Assembly: GCA_035221665.1 (NCBI GenBank)
Contig: CM069138.1
Coordinates: 86,738,001-86,802,000 of the forward strand
DNA: 64,000 nucleotides
Origin: Okamejei kenojei
Taxonomy: Eukaryota
Reading direction: 5' to 3'
Of the stretch, positions 38,325-49,268 are shown piece by piece (the stretch's first letter is position 1; each line of letters opens with the position of its first letter). The notes below the pieces were generated by a model. It worked only from the letters and a program-made list of their open reading frames with translations. It was not told where the DNA came from and made no database searches. The translations under genes and the position numbers were made by a program.

Positions 38325-38465
38325 TGTTTTGCTATTAATGTTTAATGTTTTATGTATCCTTCGTAACTGTCACTGTATGTCATGTTGTCACTTGTGGGCG
38401 GAGCACCAAGGCAAATTCCGTGTATGTGAATGTACTTGGCCAATAAACTTATTCATTCATTCATT
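38325..38465 (+). mobile_element. LINE 3'-end fragment (Rex/Babar- or L2-like) with (ATTC)n tail
   Basis: gcaccaaggcaaattccgtgtatgtgaatgtacttggccaataaacttattcattcattcatt; second copy at 39470-39603. Confidence 0.7.
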
Positions 38466-38508
38466 GAAGAGGAGCAAGGATCGATCAGTTGGACCAAATG
38501 CCAAAGAA

Positions 38509-38739
38509 GCATAGGAAGGAACTGCAGATGCTGGTGTAAATCGATGATAGAAACAAAATGCTGGAGCACTCAGCAGGACAGGCAGCATCTCTGGAGAGAA
38601 GGAATGGGTGATGTTACGGGTTGAGCACCTTCTTCAGACTTCTTCCGAAAAAGGATCACAACCCAAAACGTCACCCATTCCTTCTCCCCAGAGATGCTGC
38701 CTGTCCCGCTGAGTTGCTCCAGCATTTGGTTTCTATCAT
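38509..38739. mobile_element. Palindromic (inverted) Penelope pLTR pair with 14-bp TSD
   Basis: TSD CAAATGCCAAAGAA at 38495-508 and 38740-53; inverted arms of ~95 bp meet at the hammerhead cores. Confidence 0.88.
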
Positions 38740-38816
38740 CAAATGCCAAAGAATATGGCCTTGCTTTTGCTGCAATCAGGTTTGGTCTGAAGGCCAGTCT
38801 GAAATGGCATCAGAGG

Positions 38817-39126
38817 GGGTGGCAGAGTAGAACAGTGGTAGAGTTGTTGTCTTACTGTGCCAGAGAACCCGGGTTCAATACTGACTACAGGTGCTGTCAG
38901 CACGGAGTTTGTCCGTTCTCCCCTTGACCTGCGTGGGTTTTCTCCGGGATCTCCGGTTTCCTCCGACATTCCAAAGACATACAGGTTTGTAAGTTAAATG
39001 GTTCGGTAAAGTTGTAAATTGACCCTGGGGTGTATAGGATAGTGTAAGTATGCGGAGATCACCAGTCGGCATTTACTCAGTGAGCCAAAGGGCCTGTTTC
39101 TGTGCTGTATCTCTAAACTAAACTGA
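38817..39126 (+). mobile_element. HE1-type V-SINE
   Basis: ggtggcagagtag..cccgggttcaatac, V-domain, tail gtatctctaaactaaact. Confidence 0.88.
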
Positions 39127-39469
39127 AATTAAGATGCCAAATCTAGGGACTGACAGGTCATTCATATATAGAGAGCTGTGAGTGCCTCTACTCCCTGAAA
39201 TAGGCACTGCTTAGCAGAATGAAGAATACCCAACCTATTACCATGGCCGGGCTGTAGTTTCCCTGTCATGGTCCATACGGTGAGAAAAAGCATCCAGAAA
39301 AAAGGATTCGCTCAAGAGAAAACTAATCCACCTATAATGAAAGTGACAATAATAACATTAGCCAGAACCTTACTGATCCTGATTTGATTTGACTATATTC
39401 ACCACGGCCATTAATGGTGATGTATTTATTCCATTCCTGGCATTGCAGGTCTGTAACCAAGTGTCTGAG

Positions 39470-39603
39470 TTATGTTCAATGTTTTATGTGTCATTCCTAA
39501 CTGTCACCGTATGTCATGTTGTCACTTGTGGGCGAAGCACCAAGGCAAATTCCTTGTATGTGAATGCTTGGCCAATAGACTTATTAATTCATTCATTCAT
39601 TCA
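39470..39603 (+). mobile_element. LINE 3'-end fragment with (ATTC)n tail (second copy)
   Basis: Closely similar to 38325-38465. Confidence 0.7.
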
Positions 39604-41239
39604 GCCCATCTAGTTCATCCCTATCACAGCATGCAGAATAGGACCCTCACAGTGAAAGGTAAGGTTGAGAGGTGCAGGTGGGTCCAGCTGAGTGGGGTAT
39701 CTTGGTCAACATGAACAAGTTGGGCAGAAGAGCCTGTTTCTGTGTTTGTATGATCTATAACAGGCTTGAAGGGATAAATTACATAAACGTATGCCGTAAA
39801 CACAGAACATCTCATTACAAAATGTGCCAAATAATTAAATTCTACATTAGACACAAGGTTTAAACTTCACGAATCTGGAAAACGAATTTGCAAGGAGATT
39901 ACAAAAGTATAGCGTTATCACTTATTTCAAAGAAGCAGCTGAAAGGTGCGCATCTCTAAGGCCCCAGCTGGCTGCAATTCAACATCTTGCCCATATTTCC
40001 ATGTTTAAAATAGGTCCTGTGGAGCAGCCCTGCGGCCCTGCAGCATGCAACAGTTGTAACTGCACGGGCCCACTGTGCAGCCAACGATTACGACTGACTG
40101 TCCTTTCACTAGCTTCCAAAAAAAACTTTCATCTTTTTGTATATTGGGGAAAAAAAAAGTCCATTGCCAGCCAACTCCTGAAGCAAAATTGCAACAAATC
40201 TGAAGGGTTTAGCAGCCAGGAAGAAAATTCTCTCTTAACAAGAGGCTCGGATTTGGGACACCCGAAGAACGTTAAAAAGAAAGGCCAGTTGCACGTTAAA
40301 AGTTCTAATTACAATTTTTAAAAATGTAAGTCAAGGCATATTTGCTTGGTGCTGATTACACTTCCACGGTAGTTATTTCTTTTGTCCACTTTCACTGAAG
40401 CCACGCCAATCTGAAACCTCATTTATTCTGATGACAACCAAGCAGCAGGCACTTAAGTGGCAGCTAAAAGTGCCACTCTCAGACAGCCGACTGCCTGCCT
40501 CATGCTTATAATAGTTAAACATGTCAAAGATTAGGAGCGGACATTTTGTGAAAATGATGAGAAACCGGACACGTCAGGTGCAGTTTAAAAAAAATGTTCT
40601 CAGAACCTGCAGAAATTCCAAAATCAGCCCTGAACAAAAATGCCAACAGTGACCTTTACAACTCCCACACCAGTACCCACTGTGTGAGGTAGGGTTTAGA
40701 ATGTAGTCACAATTACCTACTGGTCTCCAATGTAAACTATTATTTCTATTGTTACAATAATAAAGCAAACTAAGTGGGATTGGATGGGCAATATCTTCCC
40801 TCAAAAGTACAGGGCACTTTGAAAATACAAGCTGCATCGATCAGGTATCATTTACTGTTCTGGGCTAATCAGAATTAACATTTTATGGCACACCAAATGA
40901 AAATCATTTAATAATGCAATGTGCACACTTTGGAAATTCCCTTTGTAAACCTCGTCGGCCTCTTTGAACATTAACCACAGAACAGAAACTGGCAAACACT
41001 GCTGTTTAGTGATAGTGAGAAAGAAAATCGCTGCTGTACAAACTACAAAAACAGAAGACATTTCAGTCCATCAAGCCCACATGGCTTTTGGCATAGCAAT
41101 CCCATCAGTCTCGCATGCTCCTGCAACCACACAACCTATTGTCTTTCATATGACCACCAATTTCTCTTTTTTTCTTTCGCCATTTCAAGAGAGTTTTGCT
41201 TTGCTTCAGCACAACGGAATATAGTAGGCACAAATAAAC

Positions 41240-41440
41240 ACAGAACAGATCAGTGTGATTTACCCACATTAAAGGCAATTCACGTTAAACTAAGTAGGCT
41301 AAGCCTTTGGGATGTGGGAGTAACTTGGAGAACCCGGAAGATACAGGGAGAATGTGGAAGTTCTGCACAGATGGTGCCGAAGATATGGATCGAACCCGCT
41401 GCTTCCCTGGAACGGTGTGGAAGCAGTATTAACTGCAACT
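41240..41440 (-). mobile_element. Older HE1-like SINE
   Basis: ctttgggatgtgggagtaacttggagaaccc..acagggagaatgtggaagttctgcacag..ggatcgaaccc. Confidence 0.65.
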
Positions 41441-41635
41441 ATGTGCTTCCATTCAACAGAGACTGCTGTTGAAAGCAAAGCTGCAGTCTCATCTAGTGTG
41501 TCTGGACACATTTAAAGATATTAAGTCTAATACATTTGCCAGGCATCAAATCTTTCATAGAACTCTTTGTGGTCTATGGGTTGTGCCCAGGGTACCTGGA
41601 CAAAATTAGACTGCCTTTGAAAGATTATCAACTCA

Positions 41636-41770
41636 GTCAAAAAAATGTTGCGACGCTTGAAAAAACACCGCGCGTCATACATCGTCACGCCACGAATTTT
41701 TCCGCGACCTGATACGTCAGTCAATGATGCCGGCAGTCGCCAAAAAAAATCGCCAAGTGGGACAGGCCCT
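41636..41770. mobile_element. One-ended PIF/Harbinger-type MITE
   Basis: Right TIR ccaagtgggacaggccct followed by TAA; CpG-rich; left TIR not found. Confidence 0.7.
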
Positions 41771-43444
41771 TAAGTATGTATAAGCAAAACTGGCCGATAT
41801 TTCTGTTGAAATATAAACCTTGTAAGCAAAAGGAATACCATCTCTCTTACTGTGAGTGGCAACATATGAATATATTTGCAAATTTTATACTTTGGAAAAA
41901 AATTATGAACACTTTTTCTTACGAAAAAAGTTGACCTGATAAAGGTCGAAACTGATGATGTTCATTTGTGACCCAGAAATCAAGTATCTACAGTGACCTC
42001 ACTTTGACTGACAGAATGATCAGCACTCTCATTCCCACTCAGAAACTAACGCTGCAAAAACATTAGCGCTGATTTGACTAAACGCACAGTGAGTTTGTAG
42101 GAAGCAAAAAAAGAGAAGATTCTCACCTATAACAAGGTAAAATGGTTCCAAAACCACTTTCTTTCTATAAAAATCACAATTACTGCCCAGCAAATTAGAA
42201 GAACGATATGTTTCATAACAGCGCATTCCCACGATTTCCCAAACAATTTATCAACCAATTATGATCTGTAGTTCCACAGGTCTCTTGATCACCTCCAAAT
42301 CACTCAACTGAATTAGAGGCTTTAGATGCCCAAATCCCGAATTAACACCCTGACCTTCTCTGCTCTCCACCTCACTTTCTTCTGAGCTACCTTTTTGACT
42401 AATCTCACCTCGTTCCCTTATATCTCCTTATATACCTTTTTTTTTGTTTGTTTCGTGTGTTCCTGTGGACTTTTGGTGCCCTCTTTCCAAGTGCCCGTAG
42501 AAATAACATTTCTTGCAGTAATGTGGTTGCCTGTGATGGACAATTTGTAATGATACAATGACAACAATTAAATATAACTTCCACGTTCAGACCGAGTCAC
42601 AAATGTAGTCCATAACACCAAAGGACTCCCAGCGGCTCTCCGAATAATGCTATGTTATCTTTTACAACCAGCTGAACACAATCTAGGCCTTGGCTCGGTA
42701 CTCTGTTTAAAAGTCAACAAGACGGGCAACTCAGCCCTCCCTCATTTCTGCAGTCAATTGCCTTCTTCAATAATTTATTCAGGCTTAAACCACAACTTCT
42801 TACTCAGTTTCTGTGGTGCCACAGACCAAACCAGGCTGACACAGATTAAAAATGGAGGGAGCAGGAAAGAAAAAAAAAAATCCTGGTGTTACCTCCCACA
42901 TAAAAAGAATGAATAACTGGAATTTTGTGTATATAAGAGTTAGCGTACAGACTCAACATCATTCACCATCTGTGCAGCAGATTGTACATGTTCTATAAGG
43001 ATTGAAAGCAGATAGTGCACATAAGGTTTATAAGTTGTGACAAACTGGATTTCTGGCTGCCTTCCCGACAGGAACTAGCCCTATAACAAAATAGCACTGT
43101 CAAATCCCCATTCTCCAAGAGCAAATAGGTTCACCGTACATTGGTTGTGGTTGTGGTCGGGGGTTGGCAGGGAGTGTTAAATGTTGCTACTTTCATGATA
43201 GTTAGTGCACTAAGCACTCTGCATCAAGGGGACGTTACACTTTCCAAGCAGCAAACACGGAGAAAGTATTAACGGTATTAATAGAGCCCTGTTCTGCGGA
43301 ATAGGTCAAGACTAACCAAAGGCTTGCACCTAACAACACTCAAGAGTTGTCAGGAATGGCACGCGACAACGATATGCTTCTCTCCCAATTACTTTGTACC
43401 GAGATGCATGATATCGCATCTCTGTAGTGAATGACTTTCAAATA

Positions 43445-43640
43445 CGATTCTGGAGTTCCAGAACCAGCTTTTTATCAGGCAACTGAATCATCCTACCACA
43501 ACCAGAGAGCAGTGTATCTATACACTGTAAATGGATGGATTGCAATCATGTATTGTCTTTCTGCTGACTGGATAGCACGCAACAAAAGCTTTTCACTGTA
43601 CCTCAGTACACGTGACAATAAACTAAAAACTCAACTGACT
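43445..43640 (+). mobile_element. LINE 3'-end fragment (same family as 8938-9158)
   Basis: gattgcaatcatgtattgtctttctgctgactggatagcacgcaacaaaagcttttcactgtacctcagtacacgtgacaataaact. Confidence 0.72.
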
Positions 43641-44039
43641 GACTTGAGTTTGGTTCTGAATCTGGACTGGCACTCACATCCTGCCAATCCTGCGCGGGAT
43701 CAGTAACAGCCTTCGGTGGAAAACTGATGAGACCAATCTCAATTGTACCTCCAGGGAGGGGAGAAAGGAGTCACTTTTTCTATGCTCTAGACCACCTCCT
43801 GGTGGAGGAACCCGAGTGCAACATCGCCCAACTTCACAGATCACACCACATGTGAAAACACCATCTCAAGCAAGATACGTTTGTGAAAGTTGCAATGGGA
43901 GAATAATCAAAGCATGAGCATTTGATTCACTCTTAAATTTTTAAATGTAAAGCACTTCTTTAATCTGTTACTTCGGTTCAGTTGCATTTCAGGCTGCAAG
44001 GCAACAGCACGGCTAGATAAGATGGTTACGAGGGCAAAC

Positions 44040-44925
44040 CGGTTACATTAGCCGAGGCTTAGTATATGAGAAGAGCACAAAGGTTCTGGTACAGCCATAC
44101 AAAACAACACTACAGCTGGAGTACTGTATGTGGTCTGGCCACCATACCATACAAAGAATGTGTAAGAAGGAACTGCAGATGCTGGTTTAAACCAAAGATA
44201 AAACACAAAAAGCTGGAGTAACTCAGCGGGTCAGGCAGCATCTCTGGAGAGAAGGAAATGGGTGACGTTTCGGGTCGAGACTCTTCAGTCCTTCAGACTG
44301 AAGGAGGGTCTCGACCCAAATCCTCACCCATTCCTTCGGGTCTCGGCCCGAAGCGATGCTGCCTGTCCCGCTGAGTTACTCCAGCCTTTTGTGTCTATTA
44401 TAGAAAGAACGTATTGCACTGGAAGAGCCTTAGCAAAGCTTCGCAGGGGAGTGGGCTGCAGTGGGGCTTTTCAGTTATGAGCGAGAGTTATTGATAGGAC
44501 AAGTGTTGTTTTCCTTGAAGCGGAGATGTATGAGAAGAGGGGTGGAGGGGGGAGGGGGGCAGGGAAGTTGATTGGCAATACTAAATGAAGAGAAGCAGAG
44601 ATAGGATGGATAACGAGAACGCCTGCTTTACCAGTGATGCCACTTACCTTTACCAGTTTGAGGTAAAAAAGTTTGAGGTAAAAGGCATAGGTTTGAGGCA
44701 AGGGGTAGAAGATTCCGAGGGCATTTGTAGGTGGAGATTTTCACGCTGAGCGTGGATGAAATTTGGGGCAGACTCTAAGGAGGTGATGGGGACCAGTACT
44801 CTCGCACATTTGACAAGTACTTAGACAAGCACTTGAAATGCCATGCCATAGAGAACAGTGGGACCAGCGCTTGTAAACGGGACATTAGTACAGACGGATA
44901 CCTGAATACTGGCATAGACATGATG
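44040..44925 (+). mobile_element. Old CR1 3' relic hosting a pLTR palindrome
   Basis: cagctggagtactgtatg..tggccaccatac, attgcactggaagag, tgacaagtacttagacaagcacttgaaatgccatgccatagag. Confidence 0.6.
44162..44403. mobile_element. Palindromic (inverted) Penelope pLTR pair with 9-bp TSD
   Basis: AAAGAATGT (44153-61) / AAAGAACGT (44404-12); inverted arms; rearranged hammerhead segments at the apex. Confidence 0.85.
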
Positions 44926-45090
44926 GGAGTTTAGAAGTATGAGGGGGGAGTCTTATAGAAACATATAAAATTATAAAAGGACTGGACAAGCTAGATGCAG
45001 GAAAAATGTTCCCAATGTTGGACGAGTCCAAAACCAGGGGCCATTGTCTTAGAATAATGGGGAGGTAATTTAAGACTGAGCTGAGAAAAA
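44926..45090 (+). mobile_element. Internal CR1 fragment (young family)
   Basis: LIETYKIIKGLDKLDAGKMFPMLDESKTRGHCLRI. Confidence 0.82.
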
Positions 45091-45094
45091 ATTT

Positions 45095-45520
45095 CCCTGG
45101 CAGAGCGATCCAGACACCTACCACTCACTCACTGTGTGAAAAAACTTGCTTTGCAACTCCTGCTTTAAACCTTCCCCTTCTCGCCTTTTCTTTTTTCCCA
45201 CCTCTGGTATTTGGCATTTCCTTCCTGGGAGAAAGACTCACTGTCTGCGTTATCTGTGCCTCTTATAATTGCATAAACCTCTAGATGGTCGCCCTCCAGA
45301 AAAAAAACACCCAGGTTGGTCTGTCCTATCCTCAAAGCTAATAGCCTCCAATCCAAGCCACGTCCTGGTGAACCTCTTATTGCATCTTCGCCAATGCTTC
45401 CAAATCCTTCCTTGATTGTGTGTGGCAAGACAAGAATTGCGCACAATTATAAAGGCATGCCAAGATTTGGACCAAACTCTTAACATGGATCGCAACGCAA
45501 CCTTTATCCAACACTACAGA
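45095..45520 (-). mobile_element. Older CR1 fragment
   Basis: KRFTR..GLEAISFEDR, GDHLEVYAIIRGTD, FFTQ...VGVWIALPG. Confidence 0.7.
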
Positions 45521-45547
45521 AAGAAGCACACATATTTAAGCGAGGCT

Positions 45548-46660
45548 AGACACAAAATGCTGGAGTAACTCAGCGGGACAGGCAGCATCTCTGGAGAGAA
45601 GGAATGGGCGACGTTTCGGGTCGAGGCCTATCTTCGGACTGGGTAGGAATAAGGGAAACGAGAGATATAGATGGTGATGTGGAGAGATCAAGAACTATGA
45701 ATGAAAAATATATAAAAAGGTAATGAGGAAACATCCCCGCAGCTCTGCCCTTGTTCCCCCTCCCCCTAGTCGCAACAAAGACAGGGTCCCCCTTCTCCTT
45801 ACCTTCCACCCCATCAGCCGTTGCATACAACACATAATCCTCGGACGTTTCCGCCACCTCAAACGGGATCCCACCAATAGCCACATTTTCCCATCTCCAC
45901 CCCCTTCCGCAGAGACCGTTCCCTCCGCAACTCCCTGGTTAACTCATCCCTTCCCACCCAAACCACCCCCTCCCCAGGTACCTTCCCCTGCAACCGCAGA
46001 AGATGTCACACCTGTCGCTTTACCTCCTCCCTCGACTCTGTCCAGGGACCCCGACAATCCTTTCAGGTTAGGCAGAGGTTCACTTGCACCTCCTCTAACC
46101 TCCTCTACTGTATCCGTTGTTATCCATCGCCGAGAACAAACGCAGACTGGGCGATCGGTTGGCGGAACACCTTCACTCAGCCCGCGTGAACCAACCTGAT
46201 CTCCCAGTTGCTGGACACTTTAATTCTCTTACCCATTCCTACATAGACCTTTCTGTCCTTGGTCTCCTCCATTGTCAGAGGAACAGCATCTCATATTTTG
46301 TTTGGGCAGTGGTATGAATATTGATTTCTCTCACTTCAGGTAGCCCCGGCATTCCCTCTCTCTTCTATCCCTCCCCCATCCAAGTTGCACTAGCTTCTCA
46401 TTTTCACCCTACAAACTGCGTGCAATGGCCTGTTTCCTTTATCATCGTTACTTTTTTGTATATCTTTCATTAATTGTTCCTTATTTCTCCACATCACCGT
46501 CTATTTCTCTCGTTTCCCTTATCCCTAACCAGTCTGAAGAAGGGTCTCGACTCGAAACGTCACCCATTCCTTCTCTCCAGAAATGCTGCCTGTCCCGCTG
46601 AGTTACTCCAGCTTTTTGTGTCTATGTTCGGTTTAAACCAGCATCTGCAGTTTTTTTCTT
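45548..46660 (+). mobile_element. 5'-truncated Penelope element with inverted 5' pLTR and GIY-YIG remnant
   Basis: RNKDRVPLLLTFHP, QVRQRFTCTSSNLLYCIRC, ENKRRLGDRLAEHL..DLPVAGHFNS. Inverted repeat of ~180 bp at 45548-45728 vs 46441-46625. 18-bp TSD ACATATTTAAGYGARGCT at 45530-47 / 46661-78. Confidence 0.92.
46531..46565 (+). ncRNA. Minimal type I hammerhead ribozyme motif in Penelope pLTR
   Basis: CUGAAGA (46534-40) A GGGUC-UC-GACUC GAAAC GUC (46559-61). Confidence 0.7.
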
Positions 46661-49159
46661 ACATATTTAAGTGAAGCTGCTTATATCAATTTTACGGCAA
46701 CCCACTGAGGCTAATTTGAAACCGGTATTTGGAGGGCAGATTGTGAATCCCATTACCACTCAGCAGCAGGGATACAATGCTGCTCGCGTGTCTTCTTCAG
46801 TCCTCTTCCAAGGGCACTAAGTCACGTTCAGCGAAGCGGAGATTTCCCTGGATGTAGCGTGAATGCTCATGACTCCAAGAGCAAACGATGGGAAGCAAAT
46901 GAAGGGAATGGATGCCCCCACACAAATCCCCTTTATATCTTTACAACGTCAACATCAGGCAACAGGGCTGCAACAAACAGCAAGACTAAACAAAAACCGA
47001 AAGAAGGAAAATGTATAATTTCATCAAAATATTGTCTGGGCCCCCACGATGAAGTCACAGTGAGGAGGATGATGTGCTATTGCGAGGATGCGAGCATTGT
47101 TTGAAATGCCTAGTGATTTCCTAGAAATGAAAAACAGCATGACAATGGAGCTGAATTCTTCAGCAGCCACACCCACATAATCCCATGCCAAATTGATCCA
47201 CCTTATTTTACATCACAACATCAACCTGTGCCAACGTCTTCAATCGATCGCTGGTTACATCCACCAAAACTCTGAGTATGAATCTAGCTCACCACCTTGA
47301 TGTGGACCGCAAAGAACAGGGTTTTACCTAAACTGCAAAAACCTAAAGTTGTTATACCTAATGTTTTAGTGAATTAATTTTAATGTCTCCTTTTTTTAAT
47401 GCTTAATGCTTTTTGTGAATTAATTTTAATGTCTCCTTAGGAAAGCATGCACTGTACTTTGATAATTTTGTCTATCGTGTCAGGGGCTTCCAGGATTATA
47501 AACATGCATGTTTATAATGCATAAATAATAGTGTAATATATTTGAAATGTTTTTTTTTTGGAGTATGGATGATCAATGTGAACTTGAAAGGAAGGAATAT
47601 ATGTTTCATTCTTCAAATCCCACTTGTTTAACCCGATTTCTGTTTGCACTGCTGCAGTTTTATGTTTTACCAGAACTCAAAAAGATTCCCAGGAAATTTC
47701 CACCATTAAATGATCATGAAATCTAATGCAAATATAAGCATAAATTAGATTGAGGAAATTCTAGCACATTATACTATTTTGCAATTTAGGTCAAATTCTG
47801 TTCGTTTCAGCCCACAGAGTCTAAATGGATAATGAAAGGCGATCACAATTCAATTGAAGTTTGTTGAGAAAACTCTCATCTAGAAATTAGCTGTGAGTAG
47901 ATTTGGGAGTAAAACGGCCTTTGATCATCATTGCACAATTGAATGCTCCTCAACAAAATTTCTTCCAAGATGTATTTTAAAAAAATGCCAAAGACCAATA
48001 ATCAAAAATGGAAATGCAGCACCAAAGGAGAATGTAATCAAACGCATTATTATACAGTAATCGGGCATTTCACCTCATGGAAGCTGCAGTATCCACAGTG
48101 AGCAGCAATTTAAAAGCTACGGCCTAAACTAAACAAAATGGATTGTACAGTAAATACATAATTCAACCATACCAAAATAGACTATGTGGTCACCCAGTAG
48201 TTCTCGCACCATAAACAGCTTTGCAAAAGGCTAAAAAGGATTCCAGGATAATAGTTTGTACAGGCATGCAGCCACAAATGTCAGGTTTCATATTCAGCCA
48301 CAAAATAAAGATCTGTAAACAAAATTGTTTAAGGCATTCAAAGACCAAGAGCGCAATTATAAAGGATACATTTTATCACGTGTTTGTGAATTATGTATTT
48401 TTTTTAAATTAAATTTCCAGTGAACCTGAATAGATGTCAATTACTGAGAAAAATAAAAATTGCATCCACAATGGATTTTGAGTGAGTTGGTTGATTCCTT
48501 CCAATCCTTGGTAAAATTGGCTGACGACTCATTCTCAAATTGTTATCAGTCAGTATTTATCATCAATCGGGCTGCATTGTTACTCTTTACTTGTAGATAC
48601 TTGCCTCCTCACGTCTAGCTTATTCCTCATTTGTGAATACACAATACAAGAAGAAAACAGAACAACATTTATCTGTATAATGTTCATAATTATGCAGAAG
48701 GGTACATCTGAAGCGTTATGGACTAAATAATGGCAGATTTATCTTTTAATATTAAAAATCACAGTCTGTACAAACGGAAATGTGAGTAAATAAATATCAA
48801 AGAGACAGCATTGCTTCAGCCACGAAAGTGGTTGTTAGAAGAAAAATATCAGTCGGGAACAATTCCCCTTTAGGCCCACTGAATGCCCACGTTAAAAAAA
48901 AGATTTTTAGCATTCATACACATGTATGACTGCAAGTACAAATTTCAAAGCCAGCTCCTGTTTTTATTTTGCTGTCCTATGCAATACTTTGTATATCTGT
49001 GAGAAGACAATTTCTAATTATTTTACAAATATAAACACCAAGCTGACCAAGATCTGGAAATATTAATAGGAAGACAACTCCAGACATAGCATTTTAAACA
49101 AAATTAACCAATTGCTTTCAAATCAAATTAATTCTCCTTGCTTTTGCTCAGAATTGATC

Positions 49160-49268
49160 GCACTACATTACAACAGTGACACTGCTTCAAAGAAACATCA
49201 ATGGTTGTAAGGAATGTCGGCACATACTAAGGTTGTGAAACATGTTCTACAAATCCAAGTCTCTTTCT
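49160..49268 (+). mobile_element. SacSINE1-like 3' tail relic
   Basis: ctacattacaacagtgacactgcttcaaag..ggttgtgaaacatgttctacaaatccaagtctctttc. Confidence 0.55.
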
